Below, piece after piece: positions 19,142-27,452 of a DNA stretch of 64,000 nucleotides. How positions within the stretch are numbered: the first letter of the stretch is position 1; each line of letters begins with the position of its first letter. The position numbers and the translations under genes are program-made. This stretch comes from an uncultured Bdellovibrionales bacterium (lineage in GTDB: Bacteria; Bdellovibrionota; Bdellovibrionia; Bdellovibrionales; SG-bin7): positions 114,257 to 178,256 of the forward strand of contig CAZCFY010000007.1 of the NCBI GenBank assembly GCA_964498095.1, read 5' to 3'. The notes below the pieces were generated by a model. It did not search any database and had not been told where the DNA came from. It worked only from the letters and a program-made list of their open reading frames with translations.

Positions 19142-20015
19142 CGATAATTTTTAACTCAAAGGGATAAATAAAATTTTGTTTATCATCATACCAGCAGAGA
19201 GGGCGGACACCACGTTTTTGCCCGAACCAACGCGAACAGGCGCCGACATCTAAATCAAAATCACTAAGATCCAATGACACCTGCACGGGACACAACGCGC
19301 CGGCAACATAAGTGTCAAGACGGCATTGAGGCGAAGTGTGACCAATATTAAGCGTGGCTGCGATGCGCTTGTCGGGAGTAGTCAATTTTGGTTGTACCGG
19401 GGAATTTTTAATTTCGGCGTTTACCAATCCCATTGTGTAACTCGCCACTAGAGAGCGAACGCAGACTGCAATTTGCTCCCTCTCTTGAAATGAAGTCTCA
19501 CATTCTGCCCTCATTATGGGCGTTACATTCCAATTCGTTAAACTTAGAAATTGCCAATTTGCTTCGGCCGAAAACATTCGCCGCGCACACTTTAGTGTCG
19601 CAAAATAATCGGCTTGGCCCTCAATACTCAAACCATTTTGGTAAAGCGCCACCGGTGCGCCGCCAAGGTGATGGCCGAGTTCATGACAAAAGACGAGAGT
19701 GAGACCGTCCTCCGTCATTCGCGGATGTCTGGCCATCCCTCCCATGACAACGATTTGCCGGCTATTTCCATTAATTGATGCGAAAGCTTGCACCTCGGAA
19801 ACATCCCAAAGATCGGGAATCTCTAATCGCCATCCTCGGCTCTCCATATCAGGTGCAAACTCGCGCATAAACCGCTTGATGATTTTTCGATACTGATCGC
19901 GGGTAATGCCTGAGCCTTCTATAAAGGTCGGTAAGTGCAAGTTGTTTTCAGAAAAGCAATTCGAACTGCCAAAAACAGCGTTTACCGTCATGAGAAAACT
20001 TAATAACAGAGCCAT
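19119..20015 (-). CDS. Secreted zinc metalloprotease-like protein
   Basis: Signal peptide and an HELGHH (HExxH) motif. It overlaps the downstream MTase gene by 23 nt. Confidence 0.5.
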   Translation of the reverse strand: MALLLSFLMTVNAVFGSSNCFSENNLHLPTFIEGSGITRDQYRKIIKRFMREFAPDMESRGWRLEIPDLWDVSEVQAFASINGNSRQIVVMGGMARHPRMTEDGLTLVFCHELGHHLGGAPVALYQNGLSIEGQADYFATLKCARRMFSAEANWQFLSLTNWNVTPIMRAECETSFQEREQIAVCVRSLVASYTMGLVNAEIKNSPVQPKLTTPDKRIAATLNIGHTSPQCRLDTYVAGALCPVQVSLDLSDFDLDVGACSRWFGQKRGVRPLCWYDDKQNFIYPFELKIIDGNSSLQ

Positions 20016-20102
20016 AAACGCAATTTAGCAACGAAATCGCCCCCCCACCCCAAAAACTTTTTTTAATGAAAATTTTTCCGCGCTTTGCTAGCCTAATTAA
20101 GT

Positions 20103-21116
20103 ATGCATAATGTTTTTATGGCGCCCACACGCGTGTTCTTTCCCATGGGAATCTTCTTGGCGGCGGCGGGACTTTATCCTTGGTTATTACAACTCTGGCC
20201 GAATGCTCCTTACCCCATCGACTATCACCGCATGATGATGATTGATGGCTTTGCATTAGCGATTGTGTCGGGCTTGGTATTAAATAATTTCCCCGCCAAG
20301 ACCTGGGAAGTTTATGCGTTAACTACTGCTCTTCTGGCCGCCGCCGCAGCGGCGTCTTTAAGTTGGTTTTCCACTCATTGTTTGGTGGCCGCGCTGGCGG
20401 TTTTACTTTTAATTTTTTCCATCACGAGCCGCAAAACAGAACAGAAAAACTATGTGCTTTTAGCCGGACTTTTTTCCTGGCTACTGAGTCTAATTATTTT
20501 ATCCAATCACTTTGCCGGCGCGGATTTACTTTACGATTGGACAAGTGTCATAGCCGATATTCACTCAAACGGCGCCCTGACTGCCGTTATCCTTGGGCTG
20601 GGGCCTTTAGCGGCTAAGAATTCTCACAAACATCAATTTGTGGCCCTTATCTTATTTTTATCTTCTTTTCTACTAATTCGCTTTTTGCCGTTAGAAACCT
20701 GTCTTGGATTGCGGGCTTTGGCGGTGTCATATTTTTCGGTAGGCGTGTGGCACATCCATAAGCTGCCGGAACAGCGGGACTCCTACAGCTGGGGGTTGTG
20801 GTTGTCGCGCTGGTGTTTTGTATTAGGCTACTTCTTAACGGCAATTTGGAGCACCCAGTATATTCATGCGCTCCACGCCGTACTGGTGGGTGGCATCACG
20901 CTCTTTTTACTCTTACATTCCCATTTCATTCTTACCCGTATAAAATCTTCAAGAAAAGTCACTTGGATTACCGCCGTTATCCTCGGAGGCGCGGCAACGC
21001 GAGTTTTTGCCCCAATAATTCCGCAAATTTATCTGCGTCACTTAGCGTATAGTGCGATCATGTTGTTTTTGGGCCTTGGTATTTGGTTGTGGTCGGCAAA
21101 AACGCATGATAAATAA
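20103..21116 (+). CDS. NnrS-like polytopic membrane protein
   Basis: 337 aa with about 10-12 TM helices. The N-terminus RVFFPMGIFLAAAGLYPWLL is NnrS-like. This is a weak family call. Confidence 0.4.
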   Translation: MHNVFMAPTRVFFPMGIFLAAAGLYPWLLQLWPNAPYPIDYHRMMMIDGFALAIVSGLVLNNFPAKTWEVYALTTALLAAAAAASLSWFSTHCLVAALAVLLLIFSITSRKTEQKNYVLLAGLFSWLLSLIILSNHFAGADLLYDWTSVIADIHSNGALTAVILGLGPLAAKNSHKHQFVALILFLSSFLLIRFLPLETCLGLRALAVSYFSVGVWHIHKLPEQRDSYSWGLWLSRWCFVLGYFLTAIWSTQYIHALHAVLVGGITLFLLLHSHFILTRIKSSRKVTWITAVILGGAATRVFAPIIPQIYLRHLAYSAIMLFLGLGIWLWSAKTHDK

Positions 21117-21121
21117 ATTTT

Positions 21122-21955
21122 ATGATTTCGAGTTCTGACTTAAAATATTTTATGGAACTTGCCAAGACCCAACACGTGTCACGGGCGGCGGAACGGCTGG
21201 GAGTTACTCAACCGGCTTTAAGTTACAGCTTAAACCGCATTGAACAAGATCTGGGAACGCCATTGTTTTTGCGTTCAAAAAAAGGCATCCAACTTACACC
21301 CGCGGGCGAACGATTTTATGAGCAAGCAAAGGTACTGCAACAGCAGTGGGAACAAATTATTAATGCCGTTAGCGACGAGGTAAATGCCCCCCAGGGCGTA
21401 ATCCGCCTAGGCTGTCACACGGCCGTCGCTCAATACACTTTACCTAATTTTTTTCCGCGCTTTTTAAAAAACTATTCAAAGATAAAATTTTATTTATCCC
21501 ACGGCCTTTCGCGCCACATGACTGAGGATGTAATTAGCTCCCGTCTTGATGTCGCGATCGCGGTAAATCCCGTGAGCCATCCCGATCTCGTGATCAAAGA
21601 ACTCTGCAAAGACGAAGTCACGGTTTGGAAAGCCAAGAATTGCGTAAATCCAAACTTACTAATCCATGATCCGAGCCTTTTCCAAACCCAAGATATTTTA
21701 AAAAAGTTAAATGCCCGCGGGCTACAATTTGACAACTTCCTGGAGTCGCCCAGTTTAGAAGTCATCGCGCAGCTAATGGTATCGGGAACTGGATGTGCCA
21801 TTCTCCCCGCCCGGGTCGTAAGTACGTTTACGCACAAGGGTATTGAACAAGTAAAAAACGCTCCCGTATTCAATGATCGCATTTGCCTGGTCTACAAACC
21901 TGAGTTTAAAAAAACCCGGCGCGGCCAGGTTTTTGTCGAAGAGTTTAAGATTTAA
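21122..21955 (+). CDS. LysR-family transcriptional regulator
   Basis: N-terminal HTH (LKYFMELAKTQHVSRAAERLGVTQPALSYSLNRIE) plus a substrate-binding domain. Confidence 0.85.
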   Translation: MISSSDLKYFMELAKTQHVSRAAERLGVTQPALSYSLNRIEQDLGTPLFLRSKKGIQLTPAGERFYEQAKVLQQQWEQIINAVSDEVNAPQGVIRLGCHTAVAQYTLPNFFPRFLKNYSKIKFYLSHGLSRHMTEDVISSRLDVAIAVNPVSHPDLVIKELCKDEVTVWKAKNCVNPNLLIHDPSLFQTQDILKKLNARGLQFDNFLESPSLEVIAQLMVSGTGCAILPARVVSTFTHKGIEQVKNAPVFNDRICLVYKPEFKKTRRGQVFVEEFKI

Positions 21956-22465
21956 TTATTTCTTTAGGTAATAAAAATTAATTTCATCCTGCATGAGCTG
22001 CCGGATTGATTTTGCATTCTTAAAAATATTATCAACCACCCATTTGTTTTCTTCGCGCACTAAGACAAAGCGGATGCGCCTCTTGTAATAGCTCGTATTG
22101 GCTTTCGCTTTGGCACTGGGAAAGACATTAACGCTCACATCGACGGTGCCTGGCTCAATCTCATGGGCGACAAATTCTGAGTTTTCAAAATTTAATTTCG
22201 GATCACTCTCTTGCGTATTGAGATAAATGTCTTTGGACCAGTTCCATTTGCAAACGTCGCTGCCGGGACGAGAAACGCAAGTCTGCTCGTTTAATTTAAC
22301 GAGCTCACCAAATTTTTTCGAAAATGGCGGATTAAAATCGCGGCGGCCATCGAGAAAATCCTCATAAAAGTCAGACATTACGACAACCGCCGGGCGAGAG
22401 TCGCTAACTTGCCAGCCCGTACACCCAGAAGCAAATAAAGAAAAAAGGAGGAGATGAAATTTCAC
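21956..22465 (-). CDS. Lipoprotein of unknown function
   Basis: GTG start overlapping the upstream stop (GTGA). Lipobox LFASGC. Confidence 0.4.
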   Translation of the reverse strand: MKFHLLLFSLFASGCTGWQVSDSRPAVVVMSDFYEDFLDGRRDFNPPFSKKFGELVKLNEQTCVSRPGSDVCKWNWSKDIYLNTQESDPKLNFENSEFVAHEIEPGTVDVSVNVFPSAKAKANTSYYKRRIRFVLVREENKWVVDNIFKNAKSIRQLMQDEINFYYLKK

Positions 22466-22893
22466 TCGTCGTTTTTTTGCAAATCGACCGATAGTTTATC
22501 GATGGCCGCTTTATCTTTGGCCTCGATCTTAAATAACCAGCCGTCACCAAAGGGATCATCGACGATAATCTCTGGTGTTTCGATGGCGGCAGCATTAACT
22601 TCGACAATTGTTCCGTCCACTGGTGCATAGAGATTTATCGGACCATCGTCGGTTTCTATCTCTCCGCAAATCTCATCGGCTTCAACTTCTTCATTTTCAT
22701 TGGGCAAGGTCACTTTTGACGAACTATCGGCGTACTCCACACCTTCGTCGTTTAACCCAACGGTGATAATTTCATCTTCAACCAACAACCAATGATTCCC
22801 CATGAATGTAAGAAGGTCTTTTTCCATAAGATAATGATGTGTGATTTCAATAGTTTTGTCAATTTTCGCAAAAGTTTTAGGCGCCGCCAACAC
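22462..22893 (-). CDS. Glycine-cleavage H-protein-like protein lacking the lipoyl-lysine
   Basis: GcvH-like pattern HWLLVEDE..ITVGL...LYAPVDGTIVEVN...DPFGDGWLFKI. The ESVKA position reads EIETDDG, with no Lys. The likely true start is MEKDLL at 22827. Confidence 0.65.
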   Translation of the reverse strand: MLAAPKTFAKIDKTIEITHHYLMEKDLLTFMGNHWLLVEDEIITVGLNDEGVEYADSSSKVTLPNENEEVEADEICGEIETDDGPINLYAPVDGTIVEVNAAAIETPEIIVDDPFGDGWLFKIEAKDKAAIDKLSVDLQKNDE

Positions 22894-22946
22894 AGAGAGT
22901 GACAGGTCACCAGCATAATGCTATGTCCTTGATTTCATTCACGTTC

Positions 22947-24608
22947 CTAAAGCACGGAGAGGTGGCCGAGTGGTTGAAGGCGCATGCCTGGAACGCATGT
23001 ATGCTCGCAAGGGCATCGGGGGTTCGAATCCCTTCCTCTCCGCCAATTTAGATCTTGCTTCATTTCACTCAAAGTCCGCAGTGGTTTTACTATTTCATAC
23101 CGCACACTTAGACCATCCAAAGTTGGGTTGTAGAGTAGGTCATCCAACAGCAAACGTCGTTCTTCAGGGCTTTGCAATTTCCACAGTGATTCTGCGTTTG
23201 TGGCGAGTTGTAGAATGGTTTTCGCTGTTTCGAGTGCAGCACCGTTTATGTCTAGCTGGGCACGTTCCATCAGATTTGTGAACTGTGCGCGTTCCTGTCT
23301 CACACGCTTGAAGTTTCGCTTGTATGAATCATCATCAAGAATTCCTTGCCGAAAATGTTCATAAATCTGGTCTTCTTCATCTTCCAGCGACTTCAGTGCC
23401 AACTTGTAGTTTTCAATATCGCGCTTGATAGCATTCTGCGCCTTCTTTTCATTTTCATTCAATGCTTCAGCAACCAGTTCGCTGAATTCTTTTGTAATGC
23501 TGATTTGTTGAATTGCAGGTTCAAATTGTTCCATCAATTCTTCTTCCTTTATTCGCATTCCCTTCAGGCTGGAATGGACACCTTTGCCATTGGTGCAGTG
23601 ATAGTATTTGAATACCTTTCGTTCGCCAGTGGCCTTGATGTTCTTCTTGGTGGGGTTGTAAACGACGTGACATCCACATTCAACGTTCGCACACTTCATC
23701 CAGCCGCCACTGAACAGACCATCGGTTTTTTTTGAATATGGGTTTCTGAACCCAAAAGTTTCTTGGACTGTCCAAAACAGTTCGGCGGGGATGAGTCTTT
23801 CGTGTTTTCCTTGGTATTCAGTGCCTTGCCAGTCAAAGCGACAATCATAAAATTTATTTTTCAAGCGTCGATCAATTGTTCCAACATGATAGCTTTTTAT
23901 TTCAGAAGGCTGAATAAAGCCTTCGTCGATGACCTGTCGTCTGACTTCTCGAAGGGAAATCGGATTGCCATTGTGATCTTTCTTTGCCCTAAGTTCAAAT
24001 TCCCGCCGCACCTGTGCAACTACTTTTGGGTTGGGATCAAAAACCACAACTGTGCCACGTCGCTTTTCAAACCCCTTTGAATTTCTGTGTTTCTGATGTG
24101 CATATCCCAATGGAAGATGTGTGCCAGGATGCCAACCTTCTTCGGCCTTAGCCCTGGTCCCATTTTTCACCTTGGTTCCAAGTTCACGGCTGTAGTGTTT
24201 GTTCATTGCTGCATTGATATCACGATTGAAAAACTCTGAATCAGGGCTGTTCTTATGCAAGACTTTGTTGTCCAAAGCATAGTGTAGAATTCTTTTGCCA
24301 AGACGAACTAGATTTTCATTGTCTTCATTGTCTGTCAGGTTTCGCGCTTCCCGATCAGACCGATGATACACATGGTGTTTGATCCCTTGTTTGTCAGCCC
24401 ATTCAACAGCCGCCTTGTATTGCTTTCGCAAACTCGAATCTTTGGCGGACTCAACCAAATAGAAAATCTTGACCAACTGCAAGCCTTTTGATGAACAGTA
24501 TTGCTTCACATCGCGTTCTTGAGTTGAACTCGAAGTGTTGCCTTCCTGTCCAATACTACTGACACGAAGAATTGCGATTGCTTTGTTGTTGCTGGCCGAA
24601 ATTTCCAT
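22947..24608 (-). CDS. Large serine recombinase (integrase); the ORF tail reads antisense through the tRNA
   Basis: N-terminal [10 protein letters not shown] (nucleophile Ser) and SDREARN. Recombinase domain, then a zinc-ribbon CANVECGCH...YYHCTNG and a coiled-coil. AAGGA RBS before the ATG at 24608. The last 32 aa are encoded by tRNA-antisense sequence. Confidence 0.85.
   Translation of the reverse strand: MEISASNNKAIAILRVSSIGQEGNTSSSTQERDVKQYCSSKGLQLVKIFYLVESAKDSSLRKQYKAAVEWADKQGIKHHVYHRSDREARNLTDNEDNENLVRLGKRILHYALDNKVLHKNSPDSEFFNRDINAAMNKHYSRELGTKVKNGTRAKAEEGWHPGTHLPLGYAHQKHRNSKGFEKRRGTVVVFDPNPKVVAQVRREFELRAKKDHNGNPISLREVRRQVIDEGFIQPSEIKSYHVGTIDRRLKNKFYDCRFDWQGTEYQGKHERLIPAELFWTVQETFGFRNPYSKKTDGLFSGGWMKCANVECGCHVVYNPTKKNIKATGERKVFKYYHCTNGKGVHSSLKGMRIKEEELMEQFEPAIQQISITKEFSELVAEALNENEKKAQNAIKRDIENYKLALKSLEDEEDQIYEHFRQGILDDDSYKRNFKRVRQERAQFTNLMERAQLDINGAALETAKTILQLATNAESLWKLQSPEERRLLLDDLLYNPTLDGLSVRYEIVKPLRTLSEMKQDLNWRRGRDSNPRCPCEHTCVPGMRLQPLGHLSVL
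22956..23045 (+). tRNA. tRNA-Ser (anticodon GGA), class II with a long variable arm and encoded CCA
   Basis: Acceptor GGAGAGG/CCTCTCC. Anticodon stem CATGC/GCATG with loop CTGGAAC (GGA at 22990-22992). T-loop TTCGAAT. Total length 90 nt. Confidence 0.9.
23027..23051. repeat. Left direct repeat (att-like) formed by the tRNA-Ser 3' end
   Basis: AATCCCTTCCTCTCCGCCA (19 nt) is identical to 31644-31662. The match extends to 25 nt with one mismatch (A/C) before TTTAG. Confidence 0.8.
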
Positions 24609-24657
24609 TTTGATCCTTCAGTTTATTAAATTTTCCTTAGAAACTCCATTGTTATCG

Positions 24658-24725
24658 GGTTGTAGAGTGTCTCGCTGTCCCCAATTCCCACGCATTGGTT
24701 TCCTGGTTGTAAAGTGTCTCGGTCC
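24658..24725. promoter_or_regulatory. Two ~20-bp direct repeats immediately upstream of the integrase start
   Basis: GGTTGTAGAGTGTCTCG (24658-) and GGTTGTAAAGTGTCTCG (24705-), 47 bp apart, sit in the 125-bp gap between the zinc-ribbon gene and the integrase. Confidence 0.35.
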
Positions 24726-24733
24726 ACGGCACT

Positions 24734-25090
24734 TCACCAATCAATTTGACCGTTTGCCCTTGCCTTGTCTCTCCACTTGGCAAGCCTTTCAAAAAACTTG
24801 ATTGTCTTCTGAACTTCCCATTTTTCATAGCTTGGGTGCTGAAGAACTTTTTGGACAATAGCTGTCAGGTCATGGCTGGTGATTGAACTTTGGGGTGATG
24901 CTTGTTCAAGCATCGTCTTGCCTGTTCCACCATTCCCCCGCCGTTGTCGTTCTCGCTGCGCCTTGCAGGGCTTGCAGCATGGACCACGACGAACAATGGC
25001 TTCAGCCCTGGCACTGACAATCGGAAAGTCCGATAACACCTTCGATTGGCCGCACACCTTGCATGGTTTTGTATTGTTTTGTTCATCCAA
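24734..25090 (-). CDS. Small four-Cys zinc-ribbon protein (island-encoded), function unknown
   Basis: CKVCG...(24 aa)...CCKPCK followed by a basic stretch. 118 aa. Confidence 0.45.
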   Translation of the reverse strand: MDEQNNTKPCKVCGQSKVLSDFPIVSARAEAIVRRGPCCKPCKAQRERQRRGNGGTGKTMLEQASPQSSITSHDLTAIVQKVLQHPSYEKWEVQKTIKFFERLAKWRDKARANGQIDW

Positions 25091-25193
25091 ACTTCATGTG
25101 ACATCCTTTCCGTCAAAATTGCTTTGATCTTTCGATCCCTGCGCCTGACACCGTTTGTTTATGGCTGAAAGCCATCCGTTTTCCGCAAAACCT

Positions 25194-25628
25194 TTATTTT
25201 CTTAGCTGTGCAAAAATTTTTCTTCGCTGTATTCCGTACTTCACTTTTTCAGAATGTGTTCTCACATCAATGAATTTGGTCTTGGTATTTCGTGCCCAAG
25301 ACAACCATTCACTTCCGCGCTGTGGTTCAACCCAATGGATTTCAAACCCACGTCGCTTGGCTGACTCCACAAATCTTTCAAGAATAATGAATCTTTTGGC
25401 AATTCTGTCTGGACCTGAAACGATGATGTGTCTGACATCACGATACCTGGCTACACCAAAGACTTTTGCACCACGAATAGCTTCGTCAGCCGCTGGATCA
25501 AGGAACATTTTTTCTTTGATTTTCAGCCCTTGTTCTTTGGCATAGGCTGAACAAACGAGAAATTGATTTTTCAGAAGTACTGGATCAATTGAACTAGCTA
25601 CAATCAGTGCATGGTGATTCTTCTTCAT
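25194..25628 (-). CDS. Resolvase catalytic-domain-like protein without a DNA-binding domain (degenerate serine-recombinase paralogue)
   Basis: By eye it aligns to the island resolvase: ALIVASSID vs IAIYIRCSTTEQ, and IIVSGPDRIAKRF..ERFVESAKRRGFEIHWV vs LVVWKLDRLFRSL..LHELGDLGIEFVAL. The Arg preceding the Ser is absent. Confidence 0.5.
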   Translation of the reverse strand: MKKNHHALIVASSIDPVLLKNQFLVCSAYAKEQGLKIKEKMFLDPAADEAIRGAKVFGVARYRDVRHIIVSGPDRIAKRFIILERFVESAKRRGFEIHWVEPQRGSEWLSWARNTKTKFIDVRTHSEKVKYGIQRRKIFAQLRK

Positions 25629-25904
25629 AGAAGAGCTCCATGTCGAAATTCAATGCTGAAGAAAGAATTTGGTTCTGTCAGGGGACTGGAAGAGAATTTG
25701 AATGGTGGTGCTTCGGCTTCAGCCGATACTTCAGTTATTATTGCTTCAATTTTCTTCTCTTTCATAAGGTTACTTTCCTTTCCATTATTCTTATTATTAT
25801 ATGCGGTCGTGGATGCTGGTATATATCGGCTGTCCATCCCGATAGCGATATCGTTAAAAAATGTCGATATGTACCGTTTGGATTAGTCTGTATATATCGA
25901 CACA

Positions 25905-26519
25905 TCATTGTAATAATCCCTGTTCGGAAAGATCATCTTTGCCTTGAGTGGCACTAGCTTTAGCATCAAGAAATCCAACTCGAAGACTTCCGTCCATCAA
26001 ATGATTTTCAACTCCGTCGAATTGCCAGCCAGTATTCAGGTCACGATATTTCCAGGCTTGTTTGTATTTCATTTTCTTTATCTTTCCTGTGCCATTGTTT
26101 TTCAGAATGTAACTTGTCCTAAGTAACCCCAAATCATTGAGACGTTTTAGATAACGACCAATGCAGTCTTTTGACACACCAAAAAAATTCGCAAGTGCTG
26201 CGATCTTATAAGTGCATGGATTCCGTTCGGTGGAACCCTCTTTGTCCCAGCAATGGGAAGCAATCCAAATGAAAAGCAAAATAACTTTTGCTGGCAAACG
26301 ACTTAGAAGGACCAAATTGATGTGTCGATCAGTATCGACATGTTTGTACTGACACCAACGATGTTGTTGTTCTTTTTTTCGTTCTGGAACGCCAACAGCT
26401 TGATATGTTTGTCTAGACGTTTGTTTTTTTACCGGTTTAGATTTTTTGCTGTTCATGGTGATCCGTGCTTCCGTTTGCCGTTGATTGAAGAAATGGCGAC
26501 TCAAGTCCATCGCGTCCAA
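25905..26519 (-). CDS. Winged-helix/HTH DNA-binding protein (candidate replication or regulatory protein of the element)
   Basis: KIAALANFFGVSKDCIGRYLKRLNDLGLLR is an HTH-like segment. The N-terminus is basic. Confidence 0.5.
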   Translation of the reverse strand: MDAMDLSRHFFNQRQTEARITMNSKKSKPVKKQTSRQTYQAVGVPERKKEQQHRWCQYKHVDTDRHINLVLLSRLPAKVILLFIWIASHCWDKEGSTERNPCTYKIAALANFFGVSKDCIGRYLKRLNDLGLLRTSYILKNNGTGKIKKMKYKQAWKYRDLNTGWQFDGVENHLMDGSLRVGFLDAKASATQGKDDLSEQGLLQ

Positions 26520-26712
26520 GAATTTTCAAAATCCTTGCGCGAACATTTGGCCAAGATGGTTCATGTCCATAAGCCGTGTGAATGATGTCTAGAATTTGTT
26601 TTCGTGCAATTTTGAGTTTGGTGTGTAGTAACTCAAAATCAGTATGCTGATCCGTTGCCATGTGCCGACTCGCTATCTCAATAGGCTTTTGCCCATTGGT
26701 CTTCAGTTCCAA
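26437..26712 (-). CDS. Hypothetical small protein (island)
   Basis: 91-aa ORF co-directional with the downstream wHTH gene. No recognisable motif. Confidence 0.3.
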   Translation of the reverse strand: MELKTNGQKPIEIASRHMATDQHTDFELLHTKLKIARKQILDIIHTAYGHEPSWPNVRARILKILGRDGLESPFLQSTANGSTDHHEQQKI

Positions 26713-27171
26713 TAGCGATTATTCACTACTGGTTTTCCTGAAGACTGCGGCGGATAGTTGCCAGTCAGGGGACGAACACAATCAACAAACAACAAGTGAT
26801 TGGCTTTGCGCCAATCCTATCCCTTTTGTCTCAGCGGTATTGATAGCCAAACAAATCGGCCATGTCAATAAAGTTCAATAATATCAATATGTTATACGTT
26901 GTTATACAGACATAAGTGTTTGAACTTAAAGGGAATGATCGAGTTATTGCCCAGCATTAAATGGGCACTTCTGAAGGATCAGTGGTCAGATTTTTTCAGA
27001 AAAAGAAAACAAATTTTTGAAATGGACGTGACCGCAATGCGGGACATGTTTTGGCTGAAGCGGCTTAGATACACCGTGGGGTTGCCGTGCGCCTTTATTG
27101 TGGGAGTATTCAATAAATTCGATACCCACCCCCACATTTATTTAGAAATCATTCTAGGTTCCAGCGAACGT

Positions 27172-27390
27172 TCAAGGTCGCTTCCGTTTATCTTTTGGTT
27201 GCGAGAGTCGTGTGCGAACGTATTGATCCAAGGCTGTTGCGGCGATGTCACTGACCGTCCAGCCGTCACGATCCGCAATTTTATCTATTTGAGACAGCAA
27301 TGCTTCAGGAAGTCGCCAAGCAATGAGTCGCTTTGGTCCTTTTGAAAAAGTCTTAGGTGGAAGAGTTTTCATATCTACTTTATAGCACAA
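27172..27390 (-). CDS. Ribbon-helix-helix (CopG/Arc-like) DNA-binding protein
   Basis: RLIAWRLPEALLSQIDKIADRDGWTVSDIAATALDQYV has the RHH beta-alpha-alpha pattern. The start may be MKTLPP at 27372. Confidence 0.55.
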   Translation of the reverse strand: MCYKVDMKTLPPKTFSKGPKRLIAWRLPEALLSQIDKIADRDGWTVSDIAATALDQYVRTRLSQPKDKRKRP

Positions 27391-27404
27391 CCCTGATTCA
27401 AGTT

Positions 27405-27421
27405 GCTATACGTTGTATAGC
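27405..27421. promoter_or_regulatory. Palindromic operator-like site between the divergent RHH and resolvase genes
   Basis: GCTATAC-GTT-GTATAGC has perfect 7-bp arms. An extra TATAGCA half-site lies at 27381-27387. Confidence 0.4.
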
Positions 27422-27452
27422 AATAAATAACAACATGTGTTATGCTGTGTGA

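Noticed and set aside
26899-27345. The 148-aa plus-strand ORF antisense to the RHH gene.
   Set aside because: It starts with a non-ATG codon, overlaps the better-supported RHH ORF on the opposite strand, and has no motif. I treat it as a shadow ORF.
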